DNA of 64,000 bases from Desulfatiglandales bacterium. Lineage in GTDB: Bacteria; Desulfobacterota; DSM-4660; Desulfatiglandales; HGW-15. The stretch is taken from positions 1,696,001 through 1,760,000 of the forward strand of contig CAXXJJ010000004.1 in the NCBI GenBank assembly GCA_963667015.2, given 5' to 3'. How positions within the stretch are numbered: position 1 is the stretch's first letter; each line of letters opens with the position of its first letter. Position numbers and translations under genes: made by a program. This document shows positions 8,912 through 18,999 of the stretch, piece after piece. Below the pieces are notes generated by a model. That model was not told where the DNA came from. It searched no databases and saw only the letters and a program-made list of their open reading frames with translations.

Positions 8912-11900
8912 TTAAAGGGGTATGGTAATTATTACAGTAGCTCCTTTCTGGGGTTCACCGGTTATATCCATATGCCATCCATGCTGCTCGATTATTTGTC
9001 TTGTAATCGGAACTCCAAGGCCAACGCCAAAGGTTTTTGTGCTGTACAACGGTTCAAATATTTTACTTTTATGCTCCATATCAAATCCCACACCATTATC
9101 CGAAATTTCAACAATCAGATTTCCGGCATTCCTGTGAGTTGTCATAGTAACGATTCCCGGCTCATCAGCTCCCTTTTCCTGAATAGACTGATAGGCATTG
9201 TTCAATATATTAACCATGCTTTGCCTGAACCGTTCCGTATCCATATCTATTACTGTATTCGCGTTTAACTCTTTATTAATGGAAATACCTTCAGGAATCC
9301 CTGTTTCTTCAATTACTTCGCTCAACCATCTATCAATCGGTGTTGGTTCGAGTTTCAAATCACGTGATCTGGAATAATCCAACAGTTCATCTATAATCAG
9401 ATCACAGCGCCTGATATTTCTCTCAACACGATCCAGGGCTGTTGCCACCTTTTCGTCCTGCCCCTTCAATCTTCTATGGACAGAATAAACTGATGATCTG
9501 ATGGTGCCGAGCGGATTCCGCAGCTCATGGCTCACTGTAGCGGTAAGCCTTCCCAGGGTAGCCATCTTTTCACTTATAACAAGTTCCTTCTGGGCGTCCT
9601 TCAGTTCTGCAGTTCGTTCATCAACCATTATTTCCAGATGCTTTCTGTATCTCTCCAGTTCCAGATCAGCCTTATCTCTCATAAGCGCATTTGCAAATAT
9701 TTCAGCAATCAGCTTGAGTCTCCTGATCTGTTCCTCTTCCCATTTTTTTTCAAAGGTTAATGTTGAAACAGACATGGTCCCCAGCAAAAGGTCACCGGCT
9801 TTCACGGGGAGTAACAGTATTGATTTTGTACCGTCCTTTTTCATTTCGTTGAGCCCGTAACTTAAATCATCCGGAAAGCTGCCATTTAAACTTTCATATT
9901 TGATTATGTCATCTCTGACAAGATACTTATGGAACCCGAACGTACCTGAATGTTTAGGGCTAATTGCCCTGAATCTATTAACAGTGTCAGCATTTGTATA
10001 TGAATATAATAAGTTAACCTGGGTATAGTTGTCCTGATATTCACTGACTGTACATCTTTCGACATTAAGGATCGATGCAAAACGCTCAAGCCAGAGATTT
10101 ATTTCCTGCTTTGCATCATCAAGCTTAACATTTATAAGGGCGGCAGAAAATTCCGAAACAAGTTCCTCAAATTTCAGTCGTGCTTCAAGTTCTATTTTAG
10201 CTTTATTCAACTCCGAAATATCCCTTGTAAAACAGAAAAAAAGCTGCTCCCCCGCTAAAAAGTTTGTGCTTATCTCAACATCAAAAAATGCTCCATCCTT
10301 CCTGATATGCGTTCTTTCTCTATGAGATGATCCTCTTTCAACGGAATCAGCCCCAATTTTATCCACCTCTCCATAATTTTTAGAAGAATCGATATCTGCT
10401 ATTTTCATTTTAAGGAGTTCATCACGGCTGTACCCTGACATACGGCAATATTCATCATTTACTACAAGTATATTTTGATCCATATCAGAAATCCAGAAAC
10501 CTACATTTGCAGTCTTAATAATGGAAGAATACCTTTCCTGCAGGTGCTGCCTGCGTTTCATCTCCTCAATCAGGGCATCACTTGACCGTTTTCGTGAGAT
10601 GGCATTGGCAATGATTTCACCAATAAGCTTTATCCTTCTTACAAGTTCATCTGACCATTTTCGTTCAATTCTGTAGCATGCAAATGTAAGATTCCCAAGT
10701 ATCTGATTACCTGCGGTAAGAGGTACTATTACAAGAGATTTTGTATTATGCTCCTCTATTACCCATCCGCGTAAGTATACCGGCAGGTCATCCGGTATTC
10801 TTTCGGATCTGACCACTACTCCATTTTTAAATTCATCCATTACCTTAGGCGGAACCTGCATTATTTCTTCAGGAGGATCAATCTCTATATCGGGATTTGT
10901 ATAATTCATAAGAGACTTAATAGTTTTTCCATCATCAATGTATTCATAGGCAATACCCCTGTCCACCTCTAAAAATTCTACAAATTTTTTTAACCACAGA
11001 TTAAGCTCTATATTGATATCATCCAGATCAATATTTATGAGTGCAGCGGAAAACTCAGCAGTCAACTCCTCAAATTTCAGACGGTCTTCCAGGTCCTTTC
11101 TTGCTATTTTGAGCTCTGTAACATCCCTTATAAAACCGCAGACAAGGCCTTCCTTTTGAAGCAGATTAGCACTGATCAGGACATCAACAACTTTACCATC
11201 TTTTCTTATATGACCTGTCTCATGATGAAAGGCCCCTGTTTTAAATATTCCAGACTTATCATTGTCAACTTTCTCGGGATTCCCGGATATATCAAGCTGG
11301 TAAATCTTCATATTAAGGAGCTCAGCACGACTGTAACCTGACATTTCACAATAGGCATCGTTAACCTCAAGGATGCGGGCATCCATGTCAGAAATCATAA
11401 ACCCGACATTGGCGCTTTTAATAATTGATGAGTATCTATCTTCAAGCATATGCCTGCGCTCCATCTCTTCAAGAAGCGCTTCATGGGAACGCAGACGCAG
11501 GACAGCATTACCAACAATTTCGGCTATAAGCCTTATTCTCCTTATAAGCTCCTCTGACCACCTGCGTTCATTTCTGTAATTGGTAAATGCCAGATTACCG
11601 AATATCCTGTTGCCTGTTAAAAGGGGGACAATTATCAGTGATTTGGCATTGCTCTTTTCAATATAGCTCCCGCTAAACATAGGATGGAGGTCTTCGGGTA
11701 TTTTTTCGGCTACGATTATACCCTTTTTCAGTTCCGTTATTTCCCCTTCCGGAGTTTTACGAATATCCGGAATAGGTATATTAATTCCCGGAACCGAATA
11801 TTGAATAAGGTTTTTAATAGTCTTATGGTTATCCTGATATTCATTTATACCTGCCCTGTCCGCATCAATCAGTCCTACAAATTTTTCAAGCCATTTTCCA

Positions 11901-14773
11901 AGCTCATCTGCAATATCATCCGGTTGAATGTTTATAAGCGCAGTAGAAAATCCTGAAACAAGCTCTTCGAATTTAAGTCGCTCTTCCTGCTCCCTTTTTG
12001 CCTTATTTGCCTCTGTAATATCCCTTATAAAATTAAAAATAAGATCTTCCTTCTCAAGGAAGTTGCTGCTCAAGGCCACATCAAAAAATGTACCGTCTTT
12101 TCTTCTGTGAGCTGTCTCAATAAACAAACCGGTTTTTTTAAGTAATTCTTTCTTCTCAGGAGTCAACTCATTCTTGGCAGACAGGGATTCATCTATCTTT
12201 TCCACACCCATACCAATCAATTCATCACGACTGTATCCCGACATCTCACAATAGGCATCGTTGACATCAAGGATTATTGAATTCATATCAGATACCATAA
12301 ATCCCAGATCAGCATTTTTTATGAATGAGGTATACCTTTCCTCCAGCACCTGCCGGCGTTCCATTTCCGCAAAAAGCACTTCATGTGAACGTTTACGCAA
12401 TATTGCATTGGCAATAATTTCTCCGATCAGTTTGATTCTGCTTACCAGCTCGTCGGACCACTTACGTTCATTGCGGTAGTTCAAAAATGTAAGGTTTCCG
12501 ATTACCTCATTACCTGCTTTTATGGGGACTATTATAATGGATTTTGCGTTCTCCTTTTCTACAATCCCTCCCCGGAGTCCTTCGGGAAGATCATCGGGTA
12601 TCTTCTCAGCTATAACACTTAAACCTCTTATAAAGTCCTCTCTTATGCCACCGGGAATTCTGTGGTATTCCGTAAGATCAACATCAATTCCCGGAATGGA
12701 ATAATTGAGTAAAAGATGAATCATGTCCTCGTCATAGAGGTGTTCATTTACTATTCCCCGGTCAACCTGGAGGAATTCAACAAATTTTTTCAACCATTTA
12801 TTGAGTTCATAATACATATTCTCCGGAGCTATATTTATTAATGCAGCAGAAAATTCAGAAGCAAGCTCTTCAAACCTGAGTCTTTCCGCCTGTTCTCTTT
12901 TTGTTTTATTGAGTTCTGTAATATCTCTCATAAAACTGAACAGGAGGTTTTCTCTTTTAAGCAGAGAACTGCTGACATCAAGGTCCATCAAAGTGCCATC
13001 TCTCCTTATGTGGGTTACTTCATGGTGGGAAGCGCCAATACCCAATATTTCTTCTGTAATATCGCCCTCACCCGATCCAAAAGAAATATCGATGTCCGGG
13101 ATTTTCATTGATAGAATTTCTTCCCGGCTGTAACCTGACATACGACAATATTCATCATTTACAACCAGAATATTTTGCTCTTTATCGGAAATCCAGAACC
13201 CGATATTTGCATTTCTTATTATCGATGAATATCTGTCCTCAAGTTTTTTACGCTGTTCGGTTTCCTTTATGAGATTTTCATGGGAACGCACACGAAGGAT
13301 GGCATTTGCAATGATTTCACCTACAAGCTTGATTCGCCTTACAAGATCATCAGACCATTTCCGTTCCGACTCATAATCGGCAAAGGCCAGATTGCCGAAT
13401 GCCTTGTTACCGGAGAAAAGGGGAACAATAATAATAGACCTGGCCTTAAAATCTCTGGGAAAGGTCGGAGGCAGGTCTTCCGGTATTTTTTCTGCCTTAA
13501 TTAAAATACCTTTCCTGAATTCCTCCATCGTTTTTTTCTTTATTTGAAAAGAACTGTCCAGAGGTGCGGCATCAATCCCCGGAACTGTATATTGCATCAG
13601 GACCCTGGCAGCATCCTGATCAACAAAATATTCAGTAACAACGCCTCTCCCGGCCTTCAGAAATTCTACAAATTCCTTTAACCAGTTATTAATGACAACA
13701 TATATATCTTCCGGATTAATATTGATGAGTGCTGCTGAGAAATCGGATATTAGCTCTTCAAATTTAAGACGTTCTTCCAGCTGCACCTTTGTTTTGTTGA
13801 GCTCAGTAATATCTCTTATAAAGGTACAAACTATTCCTTCCTCTTCAAAATAATTACCGCTTACCTCAACATCAAACAGGCCTCCATCCTTCCTTAAGTG
13901 AGATGTTATCAGACGCCTTACCCTGATTTCATGGAGCCCCTCAGCCTCTTTTTCAACTTTACCGGAATCCACGGAAGCATCGATTTCCCAGATTTTTTTC
14001 TTAAGAAGTTCATCGCGGCTGTAGCCTGACATACGACAATATTCATCATTTACTTCTAGAATATTCTGGTCTAAATCTGATATTAAAAAACCAACATTTG
14101 AATTTTTCAGTATTACTGAATATCTTTTCTCAAGTGCCTCTCGTCGCTCCATTTCCTGATTCAGACTTTTATGAGAATGTATTCGAATTATTGCGTTTGC
14201 TATAATTTCGCCAATAAGTTTAATTCGTCGGATTAAATCATCTGACCATTTACGCTTTTTGCGGTGGCTGGCAAACAACAGACTTCCGATCACCTTTTTA
14301 TCAACTGTCAATGGAGCTATGATAATAGATTTAGTATTAGTTTTTTCTATTATACCTCCACGAAAACTTTCAGGCAGGTCCTCAGGTATCTTTTCAGCCT
14401 TGACAAGAATGCCCTTTTTGAACTCCCTGATAACGCCTTGAGGAGGCTGGTAAGTATCCATGACCGGTTCAATATCTATTTCAGGGACAGTGTAATTCAA
14501 TAGGCAATGGACTGTTTTTCCATCTTCCAGAAATTCATTTACAATACATCTGTCCACCTTTAGAAACTCAGCAAACTTTTTCAGCCAGCTGTTTAATTCT
14601 TTCTCAAGCCCCTCTTCAGGAGTGCTTATAAGAGCGGCTGAAAATCCTGAAATCAGTTTTTCAAACTGATAAATATTTTTTGAGATTTTATTTTTAGTGG
14701 AAGGATTTTTTTTTACTGCATTTCCGGGACGGGATTTTGATGACTCTCTGCTCTTGTCTTTTTTATTTGCCAT
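8912..14773 (-). CDS. Giant cytoplasmic sensor histidine kinase, (GAF-PAS)x5-GAF-HisKA-HATPase
   Basis: Kinase core closely similar to 5625..8807; six FEEL.S.FSAALI GAF starts and five CRMSGYSR..HxRKDG PAS units. Confidence 0.92.
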   Translation of the reverse strand: MANKKDKSRESSKSRPGNAVKKNPSTKNKISKNIYQFEKLISGFSAALISTPEEGLEKELNSWLKKFAEFLKVDRCIVNEFLEDGKTVHCLLNYTVPEIDIEPVMDTYQPPQGVIREFKKGILVKAEKIPEDLPESFRGGIIEKTNTKSIIIAPLTVDKKVIGSLLFASHRKKRKWSDDLIRRIKLIGEIIANAIIRIHSHKSLNQEMERREALEKRYSVILKNSNVGFLISDLDQNILEVNDEYCRMSGYSRDELLKKKIWEIDASVDSGKVEKEAEGLHEIRVRRLITSHLRKDGGLFDVEVSGNYFEEEGIVCTFIRDITELNKTKVQLEERLKFEELISDFSAALININPEDIYVVINNWLKEFVEFLKAGRGVVTEYFVDQDAARVLMQYTVPGIDAAPLDSSFQIKKKTMEEFRKGILIKAEKIPEDLPPTFPRDFKARSIIIVPLFSGNKAFGNLAFADYESERKWSDDLVRRIKLVGEIIANAILRVRSHENLIKETEQRKKLEDRYSSIIRNANIGFWISDKEQNILVVNDEYCRMSGYSREEILSMKIPDIDISFGSGEGDITEEILGIGASHHEVTHIRRDGTLMDLDVSSSLLKRENLLFSFMRDITELNKTKREQAERLRFEELASEFSAALINIAPENMYYELNKWLKKFVEFLQVDRGIVNEHLYDEDMIHLLLNYSIPGIDVDLTEYHRIPGGIREDFIRGLSVIAEKIPDDLPEGLRGGIVEKENAKSIIIVPIKAGNEVIGNLTFLNYRNERKWSDELVSRIKLIGEIIANAILRKRSHEVLFAEMERRQVLEERYTSFIKNADLGFMVSDMNSIILDVNDAYCEMSGYSRDELIGMGVEKIDESLSAKNELTPEKKELLKKTGLFIETAHRRKDGTFFDVALSSNFLEKEDLIFNFIRDITEANKAKREQEERLKFEELVSGFSTALINIQPDDIADELGKWLEKFVGLIDADRAGINEYQDNHKTIKNLIQYSVPGINIPIPDIRKTPEGEITELKKGIIVAEKIPEDLHPMFSGSYIEKSNAKSLIIVPLLTGNRIFGNLAFTNYRNERRWSEELIRRIRLIAEIVGNAVLRLRSHEALLEEMERRHMLEDRYSSIIKSANVGFMISDMDARILEVNDAYCEMSGYSRAELLNMKIYQLDISGNPEKVDNDKSGIFKTGAFHHETGHIRKDGKVVDVLISANLLQKEGLVCGFIRDVTELKIARKDLEDRLKFEELTAEFSAALINIDLDDINIELNLWLKKFVEFLEVDRGIAYEYIDDGKTIKSLMNYTNPDIEIDPPEEIMQVPPKVMDEFKNGVVVRSERIPDDLPVYLRGWVIEEHNTKSLVIVPLTAGNQILGNLTFACYRIERKWSDELVRRIKLIGEIIANAISRKRSSDALIEEMKRRQHLQERYSSIIKTANVGFWISDMDQNILVVNDEYCRMSGYSRDELLKMKIADIDSSKNYGEVDKIGADSVERGSSHRERTHIRKDGAFFDVEISTNFLAGEQLFFCFTRDISELNKAKIELEARLKFEELVSEFSAALINVKLDDAKQEINLWLERFASILNVERCTVSEYQDNYTQVNLLYSYTNADTVNRFRAISPKHSGTFGFHKYLVRDDIIKYESLNGSFPDDLSYGLNEMKKDGTKSILLLPVKAGDLLLGTMSVSTLTFEKKWEEEQIRRLKLIAEIFANALMRDKADLELERYRKHLEIMVDERTAELKDAQKELVISEKMATLGRLTATVSHELRNPLGTIRSSVYSVHRRLKGQDEKVATALDRVERNIRRCDLIIDELLDYSRSRDLKLEPTPIDRWLSEVIEETGIPEGISINKELNANTVIDMDTERFRQSMVNILNNAYQSIQEKGADEPGIVTMTTHRNAGNLIVEISDNGVGFDMEHKSKIFEPLYSTKTFGVGLGVPITRQIIEQHGWHMDITGEPQKGATVIITIPL
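10172..14666 (-). repeat. Five tandem ~900-bp GAF-PAS coding repeats
   Basis: GAF start motif recurs at about 14666, 13763, 12874, 11971, 11074 and 10171. Confidence 0.85.
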
Positions 14774-14929
14774 GTATCACCCTGTTAAGGAAACATATGT
14801 TAAAAATAAATTATATATGATGAACTTATTTAGAGTCAAGGTTCATAATTTTAATATCATATAGCCCCTTCTGCTTTTATATTTAATTTTTATCTTTATA
14901 AGGTTCCGGAGGCGAAGGCCCCGGGATAT

Positions 14930-15286
14930 TTATCCTGTTTCTGACTCACCCATAATAGTGTGTTCTTCAACGACCCACATTTTTGGCTCTTCGGACATAT
15001 CAGCTATCTTTGCCCAGTCCTCTCCAAGACCAAGATTCCGTGCTTCTTCAGTTGTATTGAATGCCATTGATTTATGAAAAGATTCGATATCATCATACCA
15101 GGTCTCTATTATTCCATCGCCATCGAAGTCATAACCGGGGATATCAACAAAATGATTTTGAACATATTTCTTCAGGTGGGGGATATGTTTTGCTACGAGG
15201 GGACCATGTACGTTTTTCCAGTATTTGTAAAATTCTTCTCTGCTGATTCCTTCCTTCCTTTTTACAACCATTATTACTTTGATCAT
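14930..15286 (-). CDS. EthD domain protein
   Basis: KRKEGISREEFYKYWKNVHGPLV...KYVQNH...DGIIETWYD pattern. Confidence 0.85.
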   Translation of the reverse strand: MIKVIMVVKRKEGISREEFYKYWKNVHGPLVAKHIPHLKKYVQNHFVDIPGYDFDGDGIIETWYDDIESFHKSMAFNTTEEARNLGLGEDWAKIADMSEEPKMWVVEEHTIMGESETG

Positions 15287-15411
15287 AGTTTTCTCCGATG
15301 AGTTAGATGGAAAAAATTAGAAATAAATGTACGGGTTTGTTAAATCTATTGATTTTTAATTAGAGACTCCTTTAAGTTTGTTGTGAAGAAATAACATATA
15401 TAAACCACAGC

Positions 15412-15828
15412 TTAAGTGTCAAGACTCTGCTTTGCCTTTAATACTTCTCTCACCCGTTGACCATGAGCACAGGGAAGGCTGCAGTTTAAACAATCTCCTG
15501 AACAACGGGCGGTTCCGTTCAGGCCGCACATATAGCTGCATGTTCCGCATCCGCTGTTTGGCTGTATCCCGTTTCCGCTTATCCTGAAGGAAATCTTATC
15601 AGCATCAATTTTGATCGGTTTGACCCTGTCCCATAATTCCTTTTCGACAATAAAGGTAAATTCGTTAACAGGAATCACTTCATCTCCCTTTTTAGGTTTT
15701 TCAAGTGCAACACCAAAGGATCTGATTCCGCACCCTCCAAGTTTCACAAATATTCTTACAGATTTTTTATCTTTGTCCTTGAAAAAATCCCTGAGCAGGA
15801 GAATTGCCCTTAGAGTTAACTCAATCAT
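15412..15828 (-). CDS. HesB/IscA-like protein with Cys-rich C-terminal extension
   Basis: Start moved to ATG 15828 (MIELTLRA); VRIF..GGCG..FGVALE..K.GDEV...FIVEKEL...PIKID resembles deltaproteobacterial HesB-like proteins. The longer ORF-track start overlaps the divergent SDR. Confidence 0.7.
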   Translation of the reverse strand: MIELTLRAILLLRDFFKDKDKKSVRIFVKLGGCGIRSFGVALEKPKKGDEVIPVNEFTFIVEKELWDRVKPIKIDADKISFRISGNGIQPNSGCGTCSYMCGLNGTARCSGDCLNCSLPCAHGQRVREVLKAKQSLDT

Positions 15829-16003
15829 GTTTACATTCTCGTCAGAATCAGTATTATCTTCAGTACATATTCTGTCCATAATTAATAATCTCTGGTGTAA
15901 ATTGCTAATATCATCAAGATTAACATTAATCCCGCAAAAATCAATTAACCTTTGGTCAGGTTTAATTTTATTAACACTATAACCAAAACAAGTGGGGGAT
16001 ATC

Positions 16004-16792
16004 ATGGATCTGGCAGATAAGAAAATAATTGTTACCGGAGCAGCCTCAGGCATCGGGGCTGAAAGCGCTAAAGAGATCAAGAGACAGGGCGGAACAGTAA
16101 TAGGTATTGACCTTAATCAACCGGCAAATAATATTGATGAGTATATAAGGGCCGATTTAACAGATCCTGAATCAATCGAATCTGCTGTAAGGGAGCTCCC
16201 TGACGGCATTGATGCCATTTGCAACATTGCAGGCCTGCCGCCTACAAAAGACAGGGTTATGGTACTCAAGGTAAATTTTCTGGGTCTCAGGCATTTTACT
16301 GAACTTATGATCAGCAAGCTGAATAATAATGCATCAATCGTTAACATGGCTTCTCTTGCCGGTTTTGAATGGTATAAAGCCGGGGGACAGATAAAGGAAT
16401 TGCTGACCCTGAGAGATTTTGACCGTGTCGAGGCCCTTTGTGACAGGATAGGGATTGCCAATGAAGACGGGCGTCCCTATTTTTTTTCAAAGGAAACCCT
16501 TATTGTCTGGACAATGATGAACCGATGGACCTGGCGGGACAGGGGTATAAGGATGAACTGCATAAGCCCTGGGCCGGTTCAAACCCCTATCCTTCCGGAC
16601 TTTCTGGAGACCCTCGGTGAAAGGGCTGAAGAGGATAGCCGAATTATGGACCGGCCGGGACAACCAGGAGATATTGCCCCGCTGGTTGCTTTTTTATGCA
16701 GTGACGGCAGCAGCTGGATTAGAGGTGCAAATATACCCTGCGACGGAGGAATGTACCAGCATATTCTCTGTGGTGAAAATAGGTATTTATAG
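16004..16792 (+). CDS. Short-chain dehydrogenase (coniferyl-alcohol dehydrogenase / 3-alpha-HSD-like)
   Basis: VTGAASGIG, NIAG, YFFSK catalytic motif, NCISPGPV; start ATG 16004 after GGGGGA. Confidence 0.85.
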   Translation: MDLADKKIIVTGAASGIGAESAKEIKRQGGTVIGIDLNQPANNIDEYIRADLTDPESIESAVRELPDGIDAICNIAGLPPTKDRVMVLKVNFLGLRHFTELMISKLNNNASIVNMASLAGFEWYKAGGQIKELLTLRDFDRVEALCDRIGIANEDGRPYFFSKETLIVWTMMNRWTWRDRGIRMNCISPGPVQTPILPDFLETLGERAEEDSRIMDRPGQPGDIAPLVAFLCSDGSSWIRGANIPCDGGMYQHILCGENRYL

Positions 16793-16897
16793 AAAAAGGC
16801 AGGCTATACACTTGTGTTGGAAGATCTTAATGGGGAAGATCTAGCATGTAATCAATACAGCCCTGCTTTGCTTATTTAATCAATATAAGGATAATAA

Positions 16898-17329
16898 ATG
16901 ACAAAATTTATAAACACATCCCAAAATGATATTATTATAGGAAAACTAAGTTATGAAAACGACTTGCTTGAAGAACTGAACGGTATATGCATTGAAAAAA
17001 ATATTACCCTTGGGAAAATAGAGGCCATAGGTGCTGTAAAAAAGGCCTGTGTTGGATTTTACAACCAGATAAGCAGGGAATATCAATTTTTAGATTTTGA
17101 CAGGCCATCTGAAATATTAAACCTGACAGGAAATATTTCCATAAAAGACAATAAACCCTTTGTTCATGCTCATATTTTGCTTGCAGATGAATCAGGCAAT
17201 GCATATGGAGGACACCTGGCACCGGGCACGATAGTATTTGCATGTGAATTTATTATTTACAGTTTTTCCGGGGCGGAACTTAAAAGAGGCATGGATGATA
17301 AAACCGGCTTACCCCTCTGGAACATATAG
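16898..17329 (+). CDS. DUF296/PPC domain protein
   Basis: AIGAV, EILNLTGNI, PFVHAHI, YGGHL..G..VFACE, D..TGLPLW. Confidence 0.88.
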   Translation: MTKFINTSQNDIIIGKLSYENDLLEELNGICIEKNITLGKIEAIGAVKKACVGFYNQISREYQFLDFDRPSEILNLTGNISIKDNKPFVHAHILLADESGNAYGGHLAPGTIVFACEFIIYSFSGAELKRGMDDKTGLPLWNI

Positions 17330-17550
17330 TCAACCGAAGATGAGTATTTTTTTATACACTATAACATCATTATTACTAATCATACACCCGGTTATATAAT
17401 TTTAGCCATCAGCACCTGTAAAAGCCTTTTAAATAAATCTGCTTCCAAACACCCTGTAATGCTTCTGTTATTAATACCTATAATTTTTTACTATGGATTT
17501 TAGCCAGTTACAAACCACCCTCACATTAACCGGTTTATTTACCCGTTTTC

Positions 17551-17566
17551 TGGCATAAAGATTGAA
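17551..17566 (+). promoter_or_regulatory. Possible sigma54 promoter (imperfect -12)
   Basis: TGGCATAAAGATTGAA: GG-N10-GA instead of GG-N10-GC. Confidence 0.4.
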
Positions 17567-17627
17567 CATAGAATAAGCCAAGAGATCAGGCTAAGGCCTT
17601 GTTTAATTTTTACCTGGAGGAAATGTC

Positions 17628-17939
17628 ATGAAAAAAATATTAATTATTATGATTCTGGTGGCAACAATATTTATCCCAATATCTCAGACAGGAGCATCTA
17701 TGAGAGGTAAGGATGTGATATATGAGTCTAAGGCAAAAGAATCACAGATTGTGACAAAGCAGGTATCAGATAATATATTAAACAGTCTATCAATGACTGT
17801 ACCGGAAAAAGTAAAAAAAGAAGAGATAACTAATAAAAGTACATTTAACATTCAGAAATCACCAAAGAAAAAGATCTCCAGCGAAAGAAAAGAACGTCTG
17901 GCTGGTTTGTTGTTACTGGCATATGGAGGTCAAAGATGA
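17628..17939 (+). CDS. Hypothetical exported protein
   Basis: GGAGGA RBS; signal peptide-like MKKILIIMILVATIFIPISQTGA. Confidence 0.65.
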   Translation: MKKILIIMILVATIFIPISQTGASMRGKDVIYESKAKESQIVTKQVSDNILNSLSMTVPEKVKKEEITNKSTFNIQKSPKKKISSERKERLAGLLLLAYGGQR

Positions 17940-18202
17940 AACGGCGGTTATTAACATTTATCACTGCACTCTTCATCCTTTTACTGGCTTCGAACTGTGC
18001 AGGGATTAAACCTTTTTTCCAGGTAGATAATTCGCCAGTATTTGCAGCTTCCGGTTCTAAATCTATGACTCAGATAAACATGCACAGTGACAGTTACAGC
18101 TATATACCTTCATCCGCACAAGAAGAAGGAATATTTAATCAAAACAAAGGACGACATAAATTCTCCGTATCATTTCCTGCTACAGCCAAGTTTGAATTCT
18201 AA
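17936..18202 (+). CDS. Hypothetical lipoprotein-like protein
   Basis: ATGA overlap with the previous gene, GGAGG RBS, MKRRLLTFITALFILLLASNC signal with a Cys. Confidence 0.6.
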   Translation: MKRRLLTFITALFILLLASNCAGIKPFFQVDNSPVFAASGSKSMTQINMHSDSYSYIPSSAQEEGIFNQNKGRHKFSVSFPATAKFEF

Positions 18203-18366
18203 TATTCTTCCCTCATCAATAAAAACAGGCATATCCTTGCTATTTTTTTTAACATGAATTAGATATTCATAACTTAGCCGATATTATATTTCACATAATT
18301 TCGATCATGATAATTAAGGGTTATGATCATGTGCATGACCCGGATAAGTTCAAAGGAGATATTGAA

Positions 18367-18894
18367 ATGTCAGAACTGAACTACAGTAACTCTCTTCCGG
18401 GCGTTTCCCGACCAGGGGAACCCAAAATGCATTTTTGTTTTGAGATTGCCCTTACCTTTCCCCGTGTGCAGAATATAAACAACATGCCTTCCGGCGCAGG
18501 CAGAGGAGCGGTATACCTTGATCAGGGTATAATATCAGGTCCCTACCTTAACGGGAAAATTGTGCCTCACAGCGGTGGAGACTATGCCTTATTCAGACCC
18601 GATGATACAGTAGAACTAAATGCACGCTATATGCTTGAAGCAGATGACGGCACTTTAATTTTTATGCAGAGCCGTGGATTTCTATGGGGCAGATATAAAG
18701 ACTCAATGAAAAAAATCAAGGCATGGATGTTCGAGAATGGACCGGAGGTCTCTTCGGATGAATACTATCTTCGCGCTAACCCCGTATTTGAGGTTGAGGA
18801 AGGTAAATATGACTGGCTCACCCGTTATGTCTTTGTCGGAATAGGTACACGTCAAAAACTTGGAAACACTATTCGATATTATGCATTGCTTTAA
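18367..18894 (+). CDS. DUF3237 family protein
   Basis: G.LNGKIVP.SGGD...LNARYMLEADDG..I...G...Y.R..P.FE....YDWL...VFVG.G; start ATG 18367 after AAGGAG. Confidence 0.85.
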   Translation: MSELNYSNSLPGVSRPGEPKMHFCFEIALTFPRVQNINNMPSGAGRGAVYLDQGIISGPYLNGKIVPHSGGDYALFRPDDTVELNARYMLEADDGTLIFMQSRGFLWGRYKDSMKKIKAWMFENGPEVSSDEYYLRANPVFEVEEGKYDWLTRYVFVGIGTRQKLGNTIRYYALL

Positions 18895-18999
18895 CAATAT
18901 ACTTAAAAGATAAAATATTGACATAAATAAAGGGAAGGAATAGACAGTATTCAAGACGTTTATTTATTTTTTCAATTTTAGTTGAGGTAAAAATACATT

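Noticed and set aside
15894..15908. Sigma54-like TGGTGTAAATTGC
   Set aside because: GG-to-GC spacing is 8 nt, not the obligatory 10.
15829..16080. N-terminal extension of the 222-aa ORF in the track
   Set aside because: It overlaps the divergent SDR start and an AT-rich promoter region; HesB-like similarity begins at ATG 15828.
18258..18284. Possible sigma28 promoter (GCCGATAT) before DUF3237
   Set aside because: No TAAA/TAAG -35 element at 15-bp spacing.
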